From positions 53,384,001 through 53,448,000 of the forward strand of contig NC_045707.1 of assembly GCF_009834535.1 (NCBI RefSeq): a DNA stretch of 64,000 bases, given 5' to 3'. This document shows, in pieces, positions 24,291 to 36,949 of this stretch (positions are counted from its first letter, which is position 1; each line of letters begins with the position of its first letter). The DNA is from Camelus ferus. Its lineage: Eukaryota. A program made the translations under genes and the position numbers. The notes under the pieces are model-generated. The model worked only from the letters and a program-made list of their open reading frames with translations. It ran no database searches and was not told where the DNA came from.

Positions 24291-25129
24291 GACCTGTTTT
24301 GAAAGCAGGAGCTGAACACAAGCTGCCTCTCCTGTCCCACGAACAGGGCCTCGTGTCCAGCGCTTGTCCGGCCCCCGGGTCGCTTGGACGAGGCCTGGCC
24401 GGCCCTGCGCGGGGTGAGGGGAGTAGCTTCTGGGCTGAGAGTGAGTAAGAGGAGGGAGGGTGGAGGCTTCAGGACAGGGACAGTCAGGAGAAGAGACCCT
24501 GGAAGAGGGAGGAAGAATTCAGAGCTCCCGGAGCCACTCTCCGGGCCTGGCCGGCCCTTCCTCCCTCTGGGGGCCTTGCACCCAGGCGGCCCTTCACCCC
24601 GGACCTCTGAGAATTTGGTCGCAGCACTTTTCCTTGGACAGCAGTGCTGCTGAGGTTTTCCTCTTTTCTGACGTTCAGAGCTGCAGTCCTGACGGGTTTT
24701 CTGATGTGGAAAACTCCCACCCCCGGGTGGGTCAGAGTTCAGCAGCCCTTGGGGTCCAGGCTGCCCTGGCCTGTCTCCCTCCTCCCTTCTTGGCCGCTGA
24801 GCACTGACTTGTACAGGGGAGAAGCAGACAGGCCCTGCAGCGCCGCGGAGTTATTAAAATCATGGCACGTTCAGTACCTTCCCCTGAACACAGCCCTTTA
24901 ATGTGCCTCATAAATATGCATCAGAGCCCTAATCAGGGCGAGTCATCCTGGGATGCCGTCTGAGCTGCCACCTGGTGCGTCCCTGATTTATATTTTTTCA
25001 ATGAACTCATCAAAGGATCTGGAGTTTAATCAAAGGCTTCAGAATCTTCTGTGGGGCCAAGTCAAATCACTGTCAGTCCAAAGGAAGGTCTCTAGGGGCA
25101 TACCCCAGGGCTCAGCCCCACAGAGCATT

Positions 25130-25763
25130 CTGTAGTTTAAGTGAAGGCATCCAGGCATGAATATCACATCTATCAATTACGCAGAATCCGGGGGGACAGC
25201 TGGATACAACAGTCGCTGAATCAAGGGCGTAGCTCCCTCGAGGGAAGAGAGTCACGCACAACCCAAATAACTTACGTGTGAGGGCCAGCAGTTTATTGTA
25301 CTTGACTAGCGTAGCGTGGTCTTCAAAAGGGGAATGTCACGTGAGTAAGTGCAAAACTGCGAGGCAGGGGGTTGGAGGGGAGGTTCCTGCCCAAAAGGCG
25401 TCCGGCCAGGAGGCTGTTGGCCTGCGAAGGTGTTAGTGGCCACACAGCTGCCCTCGGGGATCAGGACTCAGAAGGGACTCCCAGGACAAGTGGGCAGGCC
25501 TGGCAGAGGAGGGGCTTCTCCTCAGTTGTAAATGAGGTCACTCTCCAGGCTTTGGGAGTGTCTGTTCTTGCAGACGGTCATGTTGCATCAACCAAGTAAA
25601 ACTGTAAAAACTGTTTTAAACTGTATGTTTTCAAAACCTGAAAGCCCTTTGATCAAGTGAAATCTTCTCTGGAAGCCCAGCTTATAAACCAGATGAGAGC
25701 AGGACAGTTCTTGAAACGGGTGGGGGCCCAGAAACCCATTTCCCCGGGCCCCCCCACAACCAC
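25130..25763 (-). mobile_element. Possible ERV solo LTR (boundaries and family uncertain)
   Basis: About 630-bp segment with TG...CA-compatible ends and a minus-strand AATAAA (25292-25297); no TSD confirmed. Confidence 0.3.
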
Positions 25764-25827
25764 AGGCTCTCGTAGAGGCCTGTGCGGCAGAGCACAGCAA
25801 TTCCTGGGCGACAGGAGCCAAGTGAGG

Positions 25828-26090
25828 TGTGTGAGTCAGCGAGGGCCACCACCACCAGGACCACGGCAGGGCTTAAACTCCCGGTTTGACTGCCCATGGC
25901 CTGGAGGCTGGCAGTCTGAGGTCAGGGTGTCAGCAGGGCTGGTCCTCCCGAGGCCTCACTCTGCATCTGTGTCCCGATCTCTTCTCTTCAGGACCCTGGT
26001 CCCGTTGGACTAGAACCCACCCACTCGACCTCGTATAACCTTCCCTACCCCTTTAAAGGCCCCACACCCAGCACTCACACACCTCAGCTG
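25828..26090 (-). mobile_element. MLT1-type MaLR LTR fragment
   Basis: ctggaggctggcagtctgaggtcagggtgtcagcagggctggtcctcccgaggcctc is a characteristic MLT1 motif. Confidence 0.75.
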
Positions 26091-26099
26091 TATGGTGCA

Positions 26100-28330
26100 G
26101 AATTTTTTGTGTTTTTGTGTTTAAGTTCAAAACAGTTTGTAAATTTGGTGGGTTTTTTGAGCTGTCAGTTTTTTAGAATTATGTTGTTTAATTTCTGAAT
26201 ATTTAGAAATTTCAATTGCTGGTTTGATTTCATTGTGGCCAGAGAACACGCTGAGTACAGTTTCAGCCCTCTGAAATCTACTGGGGCTGGTTTTAGGGCC
26301 AGAATAGGTCTGTGTTGGTGGATGTTCTGCTGCTGTTGGTTGGCATGTTCTCTGAATGTCAGATCAAATCGATCGATGGTGCTGCCCCAGTCTTCCGTGT
26401 CTGTGTCAGTTTTCTGTTTGCTTGTTCTGTCAGTCACTGAGAACGCTGTTGAGGTTCTGGCTGCCGTAGTGGGTTTGTCCTTCTCACGGCTGTGGTATCT
26501 GCTCTTCTCTTTTCAGTTCTGTTGGTTTTTTGCCTCGTGATTTTTGGCTCAGTTATTAGGTGCAGATACGTGTAAGATTGGTAAGTTCTCGTGGGGAACT
26601 GGCCCCTTTGTCATTTAGAAATGACCCCGTTTGCCCCTGACAGAGCTCCTTGTTCTGAACTGTGTCTCACATTAATGCAGCAACTGTAGCATTTGTTTTT
26701 CGTGATGTCTTTTTTCCATCCTTTTAATCTCTCTCTGTCTTCATATTTAAAGTGATGTTTTAGTAGACAGTTTATATTTATGCCTTTAAAGTCTAGTCTG
26801 ACAGTCTCCACCTGTTAATATTGGAGTGTTTTGAACATTTACAGTAATGGAATTGGGTTTAAATCTACAGTCTTGGTAATTTTTTCTTCATCCATCCTTT
26901 CTCTTTTCTCCCTCTTTTCCAGACTCCTTTGGATTAATGTAGTATTTTTATGTTTCCGTTTTATTGCCTTTTTTGGCTCAAAAGACATACTTCCTTGTTT
27001 TCAGATTTTGTGATTGCCTTAGAGTCTGCAATACGTGTCTTTAATTATCGTTGGTAATTAAGTTACCGTGGTGTTAAAAGTGCACGTTATGCCACCTCAT
27101 GTATTTTGTAAGTGTTTCGTTATGAAGTATGCAGTGTTACCGTCTGCACCCTTTGTGCTGCTGTCGTCATTCGTTTTCCTTCTTCACATGTCATGAAGCC
27201 CACAAACTATTTTTGCTTTAAACAATTGATTACTTTAAAGCAATTTTTAAACTAGAGAAAAACAGTCTTTTCATCACTCACATATTTACCATTTCCAGTT
27301 ACTTTATTTAGATTTGAATTTCCTTTTGGTGTCATCTTCCTTGTGCCTGAGAACTTCCTTCAACGCTTCTTGCAGTCCAGGTGTGTTGGCGGGTGGGGGG
27401 TTCCTCCGCAGTGGCATTTCGCCTGCCCCGGTGTCTTCATCTTGCCTGTGGTTTTGAAAGATACTTGCCCTGGCGTGGAGTGCTGGGTGACTTTATTCGT
27501 GCAGCGGTTTAAGCGGTGTTGTCGTCTCATGGTCTGCGCTGTTCTTGACGACGTGTCTTTGCTTGATCCTAACTCAGTTCCTCTCTGTGCAGTGTGCCTT
27601 CTTTACTCTCTTGCCTCTGCGCTGGTTTTCGGGAGTTTGATGTGTGTTGTATGCATGCTTTTCACCTTCTCTTTGGGACTGCTGAGCCTCTTGTTTTGGT
27701 GTATTTGTGGTTTTCATCAAATCTGGAAAATTTGGGTCATTATTTCTTCAGTCTTTTCCTGTCCCTCGTTGTTTTCTAGGGCTTCTGTGGCCAGTCGGTG
27801 TCCCACAGCGCACCGATGCTCCCTGACATCTGTTCCCAGTCCTTTTTCCCTGTGTGTTTCATTTCATAGTTTCTACTGCTCCGTCGTCAAGTTCGTGCTC
27901 TTTTTAATGGACCCTCGGATCCGCTGCTGGGAGCGTGGGGTGTGTTGTTCTCATCTGTGAGTTTGTGTCTTTTTCAAACCCTCCGTTTCTGTTTCCATCA
28001 CGTTCTTGCTTTTCTCTCCCTGCACATGTGTGGACAGTGTTTGTAACAGTAGTTTTAATGTTTCTGTGTCCTAACTCTATGCACTGTGTTTTCTCGGGTC
28101 TGTCTCTGGTGATTGACTTTAAATCTTGTGATCGTACCTCCGGCGTCTCCGGGTGCTTGCTAACCCTGTATCAGATGTTCTGGGAAGCTGGACATGGGGA
28201 GCTGGGTGCTTGTCTTCCTTCAGGTGGTTCTGGCTTTGTTCTCGACTCAGTTAAATCCCTTGGAATCAGCCTTACCTTGAGACTGTTTCTGAGTTTTGTC
28301 CAAACAGTTTCATCCCGGAGCTAAATCGGT
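26100..28330 (-). mobile_element. Old LINE-1 fragments (antisense)
   Basis: T-rich; ttcattgtggccagagaac and ttttcatcaaatctggaaaattttgggtcattatttcttca-like reverse L1 motifs. Confidence 0.8.
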
Positions 28331-28429
28331 CTTGTCACTGAGGCCTCTCATTTTGGGAGGTGGCTTCCTGCCTTGTGCGCATGAGAGCATGGCGTCCGCT
28401 CCCAGCCGGCCAGCTCTTCACAGTGTGGA

Positions 28430-30410
28430 CTGTTAGGACTCACCAGTGAGCTCAGGGAAGTTGCAGGAATCCTGCAGGAATCAGTGGCACTTCTCTATGT
28501 TAACAATGAAACATTTGAAAAAGGAATTTAAAAAGTCTCCCACCCACAGCAGCATCAAAACAATGAGACACTCAGGAACAAGTCTGACCAAGAAGGTGAA
28601 GGGGGGTGGGCTGGAAGAAGGGGTCAAAAGGTACAAGTTTCAAGTTATGAGTTAAACAGACACCCGGGACGTTGGCTGTGATTAACATAGTTCCCACTGC
28701 AGTGTCAGACACGGGCGCTGTTAGGAGATTAAACCCTGAGAGTTCTCGTCACAAGGGAAAAAAGTGTTTTCCCCCTTTTTCTTTCTTTTTTTTTTTTTCT
28801 GTTATATTTCTGTGAGATTATGGATGTTAACTGAACTCACTGTGGTGATTATTTCCTTTGAAAGTCAAATCATTATGCTGTACACGGTGCTGTGTGCCAA
28901 TTACACACATAGATCAGGGGAACAAAACAGCCCAGAAACAAACGGCTGCATTTACACTCGGCTGACATTCAGCCCAGCAGGGAGAGGACAGTCCGCCGAC
29001 ACACGCCGTCGGGAAAACTGGATGACCTCATGCAGGAAAGTGAAACTGGACCCCTGTCCTACCCGACTCACAAAAATTAACTTGAGATGGATTAAAGACT
29101 TAACATGAGACCTGATACCATAAAGCTTCTAGTAGGAAATGTAGGGAAGAAGCTGCCTGACGTGGGTCTTGCAGTGATTCTTGGATATGACACCAAAAAT
29201 ACCAGAAACAAAAGAAAAAATTAGCTAGTGTGACGACAGCAAACTAAAAAGTTTCTGTGTAGCAAAGGAACCAATCAACAAAATGAAAAGACAACCTACA
29301 GAATGGAAGAAAATATTTGACAACCGTATATCTGATAAGGTGTTAATATCCAAAAACATATAAATAATTCCTATAACTTAGTAACAAAAAAAATTTGGCT
29401 TTAAAAATGGGGAGCAGAACTAAACACATTTTTCCAAAGAAGACCCACAGATGCCCTCTGTGAGCTGTTACCTCACACCTGCCAGAAGGGCTGTCGTCAA
29501 AAAGATAAGAAATGACAAGTGCTGGCAAGGACGTGGAGAGCAGGGCGCTTCCTGCACTTTTGGTGGGAATGTGAATGGTGCAGTCCCTGTGGAGAACAGT
29601 GTTGGAGGTTCCTCAAAAAATTTTAAACAGAACTGTCACATGATCCAGCGAAAATGGAACTCTCAGTGATCCAGCAATTCCACGCCTGGGCATAAATACA
29701 AAGGAGATGAAAAGAGGGTACTGAAGAGACATCTGCACCCACATATTCACCGCAGCACTGCCGACAACAGCCAGGATACGGGAACAGCCTGCATGTCCAT
29801 CATGTGTAAACGGACAAAGACGTGTGTGTATGCACGGTGGACTATTACGCAGCCTTGAGAAGGAAGGAAATCCTGTCATTTGCAACAACATGGATTGACC
29901 TTGAGGGAGGTAAGTCAGACGTAGAAAGACAAATACTGTATGATCTCACTTATATAAAAAGCTGAACTTGTAACAGGAGACATTAGAGTGGTGGTCACCA
30001 GGGGCTGCAGCGCTGTGAGGACTGGGGAGACGCTGTTTTAGGGCACAAACTTGAGATGAATACACGAATCAGTCCTGGAAGCAGCGTGCAGCGTGGTGGT
30101 TAGAGGACAGCACTGTGTTATGGACTTCAGAGTCCCTGAGATGAGACGTCAGGTGTTCCTGCCACAGAGAGGAGGTGACAGTCATGGGAGGTAATAGGAG
30201 TGACAGCAACTGTCATACATCAGCCCATCAGATCAGCACACTGAGTACCTTACACTTACGTGGTGTCATGTGTCCATTAAACATGTGCTTAATATGTCAT
30301 ATCTCAGTAAAAGTAAATTCAAAGAATAGACTAAAAATGAAAAACCATATGATCATTTCGATAGATGCAGAGAGAGCATTTGACAAAATCCAGATCCAGT
30401 TCCGGACTGA
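28430..30410 (+). mobile_element. LINE-1 ORF2 3' part and 3'UTR, nested fragments (L1MA-like)
   Basis: KVKLDPCPTRLTKINLRWIKDL; gatccagcaattccacgcctggg; ggaaatcctgtcatttgcaacaacatgga. Confidence 0.88.
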
Positions 30411-31449
30411 AAAAAACAAAACCACTCCCTCAGACTGTGGAGTCCGCCTCAGGACCTCGCAGCCCCACTGCTGATGCCGTTAGCAGTGACACAGTGAAGA
30501 CTCCGCTCCTCTGGCCGCCTCACCCCTGACTCCACACAGCCGAGGGCCCGAAAGGCCTAACCCTGACCTCGCCCATGCTCGGGGCTCCTGTGTGCTCCAG
30601 TATCTGGCCAGCCCGGTGTCTGGCCCTGGGATACAGCGGTGACTCTGGCCAGCAAGCTCCCTGCCCTGCACGGCTGCTTCCAGAAGGGCATCAGATGCTC
30701 CAACCAGAGCGGCCGCAGGAAGGAAGCTGATGTTTCCTGGGAGACGGGGCAGGAGCAGCCTCATGAGCCCGGGGCGGGAGGGACCAAGGCAGGGAGGTGT
30801 GGGGCTGGGGACGCCACAGTTGGGGGCTGTGCTCCAAAGGCCGCTCTGGCCTCTGTAGGGGGACGGGTCAGCGAGGGCAGAGGGGAGCCAGGGGGTGTGC
30901 ACTGCCTAGGGCCGGCTGAGGACACAGTGGCCACTGAGCCCGGCTCCCCTGTACCTGTGTCCTCTGATGTGGCTCCTCCCAGAGAGGTGGCCCCGCAGCC
31001 TGACCTGCCCTGGGCCTGCGGAAGCCTGGCTCCCTGCCACCTGCTCCTGGGACCCCTGCCACTGCACGAGAGCGGGCTCGTGGTCTCCAGGACGGGGGCA
31101 GGGCACGGGGAGCAACCGAGCTTTGTCGCCTGTCCTGGGTCCACAGAGCTGTCTCGCCCACCTGGAGTCTCATGGGGAATAATTACTTGAAGCCATATTT
31201 GGGGGGGAGTTATTACTCAGGAACAGCACTGCTGCCCCTCTGCCTGTTGATCTACCTAGAAAAGTTTTCTGTGCGCCTCCCGTCTGCCTATGACCATATC
31301 TTGCTGTCATCTGGGGCACCCAGCGACCTCACTGCTGAGAAACCCAGGTTCCCCATCCGTGCTTCCCTCTGGGCGCTTCGCTCCTTACTTGAAAGCGCCT
31401 CTCTTCTCTCTGGCTGCCGTCCTGGCCTGGCCCTAGTGCTGCTCTGGGA

Positions 31450-32090
31450 TCTGGGGGCACCTTTCATCTCTGTCCACATGTGTCCCCACATGATCTCAAC
31501 CCCAAGACCGCCAGCCCCATCTGCAGACCCTCCTCTCCCCCACCTCCCTCCCAGAAGCCTGCGGCCTTCTGGGCCTATCTTGGCCCTCCAGGCATCTCCA
31601 TTTCCTTCCCCAGATCTGCATCTGCTCCTGGCTTCCCTGTCCCTGGTCACAGCACCACCAAGTGTCCAGGTCCGAGCCAGAAGCAATTTCTTGTCCTGCC
31701 AGGCGACCCCTACTCCTGCCTCCTGGAACCTCCCCACCGCCCTCCTCACCCTCCCCCCAGCTCTCTTCCCTCTACCCCACCCACCCCTGTCATCTCCACC
31801 ACCTGAAGCTGCACCCTCCACTCCACCTACAGTCCAGTCCACCCCTCTCACTCAGGCAGAGGGACTTCTTCCTAACTCTCAGGTCTGGTGGAGTCACACC
31901 CTCACTCAGACTCCTCCCACTGCCCTCGGTGGGATCTCCCCCAGCCCTGGCTCGGGCCCTACCCTGTGCAGGTCAGGAAGCAGTCTGGGCAGCACATCCG
32001 TCCTCTCTCCCGGCTGATCGAGCATCCTTAAGGTCTTGATACAGTGTCAGTTCCTCTGGAGAGACTGTGCCCCGACCCTGTCAGGTCCAG
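31450..32090 (+). mobile_element. Ancient L2 fragment
   Basis: Pyrimidine-rich degenerate match to recalled L2 3' region. Confidence 0.4.
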
Positions 32091-33189
32091 GGTGAACCAT
32101 TTGTGAACTTCACTGTGCCCTGGGCTTCTCCACCTCTGAACCCTGGACGTGGGGCAGAGCCACAATGATGTCTGCACACAGACATGGAGAAGAAAAAATG
32201 ATTATAGGACCTGTTTCCTATGTGTGCTTGTTTAAATATGTGCTCTGCCAAATTAAAAAACAACAAGCATTGTAAGCTTTTTGGTAAAAACACATTCACA
32301 GAAGCTGTGGCAGGTAATTTCTCAAGCCATAAGAAGGCTTATGGGGGAGCAGGGAGAGATGTGTACTAGGAATTAAGGATGAGCCAGTTATCCTTAGTGG
32401 ACACTAAATTGAACTCTGAGCTTCCTAGCAGCCAAAGCAAAAAGGGAAGGTGTAGGGGAGCTCCAGAGGTCCTACTGGCTTATAAAGGAAGTCAGAGCCT
32501 GATTCTTTGCAGAAACAAACTGCTTATGGAGATGAAAATGGAGATAAGAACTATTTGACTGCCATGTAGACAGTTAGGAACTTACTGGAGAGTAGTATCA
32601 CCTACAAGTCTGTGTTTGCCCAGAAGTTTGTGAATCCAGCTGCCTCCTCACCAAACACGAAAGAAAGATTCGGGCTCCATGGCCATGGGGTCAGGGCCAG
32701 AACCAGCTTCCTGGGGGCCGTGATGCCCTGCAGTCAGAAGCACCTCGATGTGGAGGGTTTTTGAGAAAAGAATCAAAGAACCGAGGTCCAGCTGAGCAGC
32801 TGCACAGTCTACAATAACATCCCAATTTTCTTTGGGAAAAAAATTTAAATGGAGAAAAGGCTGACCCTCCTTCACAGGGGTGGGAGAGAGGGCTGTGTGA
32901 AGCATGGGGGTCTTGCAGAGTGACGTCTGTCCTGTGGCCCCAGGGACGTTCAGTGCCTCCTGTAGGGACTTGCGGCCCTCCAGCTCCGAGTCAGAGGCAG
33001 ACCCTGGCTCAGAGGAGGGAGGCCAAGGCCCAGGTCAGTTCTTCTGAGGATAAGTAAGTCGAACTGTAGGGGAGCCTGCCGGGCCTGCTCAGACCTCGTG
33101 CACCTGCTGCGTAAGAGGCAGCGCTGTGCTGGCTGCCGCGCACCCGCACCTGCCCTGCGCGCGGTAGGACGGGCCTTCCCACACTTCGC

Positions 33190-35540
33190 GGTGTGTCGAT
33201 TTTCTCTTTCCTGTAGATTCTTACTTCTTTTCTGTTTAGAGAAGACTTTTCAATAAGATCTAAATTTAAAAAAAAAAAAAAACCTTTTAGGATAGGTTCA
33301 GTATTGCTGTATTCTTTTAGTTTTTGCTTGTCTGAGAACTTTCTCTCTCCTTCTGTTTCAAATGATAATCTTTCTGGGTAGAATATGCTATGTTGCAAGT
33401 GTTTTCCTTTTCAAGACTTTGACTGTATCTTACCACTCCCTTCTGGCCAGCAATGTTTATTGAGAAATCAGCTCAAAGCGTTAAGGCTGTTCCCTTGTAT
33501 GTGACTGTTTTTCTCCTGCTGCCTTTGGAAGCTTCTCATTAACTTTCCCTGTTTTAATTATAATATGTCTTGTTGTGGGTCTGTTTGGGTGCATCTTCCT
33601 TTAGGGACCCTCTGTGCTTCTCATACCTGGGTCTGTTTCCTTCTTTAGGTTTGGGAAGTTCTCAGCCACAATTTCTTTAAATACATTTTCAGTCCCCTTT
33701 TCTCTTTCTCCTGGGGTCCCTATTATGCTTGGATTGTCACACTTTCTGTTATCTGGTAGGTCCTGTGTCTTGCTTTCATTTTTTTTTTTTCATTTGTCTT
33801 TCTGTCTCCTGTTCTGATTGGGTGATTTCCAGTATTTTATCTTTCACATCACTTTTTTGTTCTTTTGCACTATTTAGTTTGCTGCTGTCTGTAGCTTAGC
33901 TTTTATCACAGCAAATGAGTTTTCTGATTTTGTCTGGCCCCCCTTCATAGCTTCTGGTTCCTTTTTACGGCCACCTGCATTTCTGCTGATAGACTTTCTT
34001 CATTCCTGAAGTATTTTTATTGCCTCCTGTTTGAATTTGGTCTCTAGTAGATGGAGAGTTCTGTTCCATTGTTCGTTCTTCCAAGGGATTTCTCTTCCAT
34101 TAATTGGGAGTAGTTCCTCTTCTTCTTCATTTTACTTATTTCTCTATATGAGTTTGGGAGTAACAGTTAACTACTCTGGTCCTGAAGGGGATGCTTTTAT
34201 ATGGGAGTCCCTGTGTAGTCGGCGTGCATCTAATATTTTTGTCACAGGGACTGTTTCTAGTGTGGATGGCTGCCACGTCTTTCCTCCACGTGTGCTGGCT
34301 GTTATCCCCTTGATCGGGGGGTGTGACTGGTGTTGGGGGGCCCAGAGCCCACACTGGCTGTCGAGCGGGGCCTCCGCTTTGCTCTGTGGTTGTCACAGCC
34401 CTGTCGGGGCCCCGTCTGCTCCCCTGTTGTTGGAGTAGAAGCCCCCTCCTCCGTTTCTGTACTGTGGTGTGAGGCAGGCAGGACTGGAGTGTTCCTGCTG
34501 TGGTGTCACCTGTCACCCATGTTGGGGCTCACAGAGCGCACTGGTGCTGGCACTGTCTGTGCTCCCCCTCAAGCCATGGGGATGCAGGCAGTTGGCCCAG
34601 GTGTCCCTCAGGTACTGTGCTCTCAAAGGCACCAGTGCAGAGCTGCTTAAGTCAGGCTTCGGGACTGCCATGGTCGCACACCTGGATCCGCTGTGGGAGC
34701 TGTGGAGTCAAGTCACACCACTAATGGCGGACCTGCCCCAGCCACGGGAGCACCAGTCATCCACTTGGATGTCCTGCAGGCAGGCACTGAGCTTACAAAG
34801 TCACTGGCAGCGTGTGAATCCAGACATCACAGAGCCCGGGGGACACTGCTTGGATTTCAGCCCCACCTCCAGAGGTGGGCAACCCACTGGTGCTTGGCCA
34901 CTCCCGGAGCTCAGAGATGGGGTTGTGCCCACTGTGAGCTCACTGAGGTGTGGCTGCTATGGCGGGTCCCGCCCTCCCTTCATGAGCATGTTACCTGAGG
35001 CTTCTACAGCAGACCAGGCCCATCCTGTGTGCACCCCCAGTGGCCTGGACCACACTCCAGCCCCTTCAGGCCGTCTCTGCATAGCCAACCCCAGTCCTGT
35101 CCCCCAGTCTGTCCACTAAAGCCCAAGTTCCAGCGCCCAGCCCCCATGCGCACCAGCAGACGCACGTCTGAGTAGGGAATGCAGGGGGTTGGGCAGGACC
35201 GTCTGTGCTGCTCTCTCCGTTCTGTCCCAGTCTGGCTGCCACACTTGCTGAGCAGAAGCTCCTTTCTGTCCTGGCTCATCTCCCTGCTGGTGAGGAGTCC
35301 CCAGGGTGAGGGAACCTTTCCTCTTACACAGCTCCTGCCAGGGACACAGGTCCCATCCTGTTTCCTTGTCTTCTTTCATCCCACCCAGTTACGTGGCGAT
35401 CTTCCTTGCAGCTTTGGTTGTGTGAGATCTGTGAGCGTTCAGTTGACATTCTGAGAACTGTTCCGCACGTAGATGTGCTTTTGATGTGCCTGGGAGGAGG
35501 GCGCTCCGTGTCCTTCAGTTCTGCCGTCTTGGTCTCCGCC
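33190..35540 (-). mobile_element. Cetartiodactyl-type L1 5'UTR plus ORF1 remnant lacking ORF2
   Basis: Minus strand starts AAGACGGCAGAACTGAAGGACACGGAGCGCCCTCCTCCC...CACATCAAAAGCACATCTACGTGCGGAAC (L1 5' end). ORF1 C-terminal peptide IFYPERLSFETEGERKFSDKQKLKEYSNTEPILK near 33400. Confidence 0.8.
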
Positions 35541-36299
35541 TGCACCAGTGTTCTTAAGACACGACCCAGTGGTTGGGCTGTGCACTCAGCGTTAGGAACT
35601 GTCGTCTGTGTTGAGTAGGCCTCCCTGGCCTAGCACCGCCTCCCCTGTACACCTTTCCCTTGACCACGTGAGGTCACGCCATTCCGTAGCTCCTGCTCCT
35701 GCTGGACGAGGCGCATAGACTCCTCCTTGGTCTGTTCCCTCCCCTTCTATAGCCTTACCCATATTCGTTTGCCCTGAGCTGCTTCCCAGAAGGCATGGCC
35801 TTCATCAGAATCACCCTTCTCCCCTCCTGCATCTGAAGCCGCTTCAGGCCTTGGAGTCCCAGCTCCCCCCTCCAATGCCTTCCTCTGCTCTGTGGGCGGC
35901 AAGAACCCTTCTGCGAGAGCTCTGCACATGCTTGTCTTGTGACAGCTCTGGTCATTCCACAGGGGCCTGTCAGCTTGTGTCCTCATGTCCTAGCCAGATG
36001 GGAGAATGGGGCCAAAACGAGTTTCTCTTTAAAAAGGAATAATAACCTCCCTGTAGTGCTTGAAGGTGAAATCAGTCTGTGGTAAAATAGGTTTGCAATT
36101 CAGAGGAGGTGGCACCGAGATTAATGGTTGGCAGCGAAAGGCAATTCTGTTTCACATGCTTCATGGAAAAAAAGATAAAACATGTCGAGCTTTATTTTGT
36201 TCCCAGGAAATTAATTTAAGCATCAGTGGATAATACCTCACTCTGTAGCCTGTGTCTGAATAGTGGAGCATGAATAGCTGTCAGGAACGTGGCACTTGA

Positions 36300-36697
36300 C
36301 AGGCAGGACTCACTTTTCTGTGGACACTGTGCTGTGTACAGACGGAAGGCTGTCGGCGCCACTTCAGCAGTGTCTGTTCACCTTGTCTCTGATCACGTTT
36401 TGGTAATTCTTGCAGTATTTCAGACTTTTCCATTATTATATTTGTTATGGTGTCTGTGATCAGTGATCTTGTTACCACCCCGATTCACTGAAGGCTCACT
36501 GAATAGCATTTTCTAGCAATTAAGTACCTTTTAACTAAGGTGTTTGTATTTTTTTAGACATAACGCGGTGCACACTTGACAGACGACAGTATCGTGTAAA
36601 CATAATTTTTATATTCACTGGGAAACCAGAAAGTCCGTGTGACTCAGTTTATTGTGGTATTTGCTTTACTGGGTGGCCTGGCCCTGAGGTCTGCCTG
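36300..36697 (+). mobile_element. Internally deleted Tigger1-derived DNA transposon
   Basis: Imperfect TIRs CAGGCAGGACTC / GAGGTCTGCCTG followed by TA; internal ttttggtaattct...tgtgatcagtgatctt and cactgggaaacca...gtgtgactc motifs. Confidence 0.8.
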
Positions 36698-36949
36698 TAG
36701 TACAGTTGTTTAAATTTTTTTCCTTTGCAGTGCAACTCTTTTAAATAAAATCTTACATGGAATCCCAGAGACGTGAGACAAAGGGTCACACTGCGGTGGT
36801 GCATTTGCAGGGAGCCTTCCTCAGAACAGAGTCACTCGCAGCACAAGTGACGGCCCTTCTCTCAAGGTCAGAGTCTGAGGCAGGTTTCCATCGTGCTTTC
36901 AACTAGGAACTTGAAGAACTTTGTTTTAACATGCCAACAATTGGTCTGG

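Noticed and set aside
31172..32017. 281-aa Pro/Leu/Ser-rich ORF
   Set aside because: Low-complexity translation of a pyrimidine-rich, probably L2-derived stretch; no splice or domain support.
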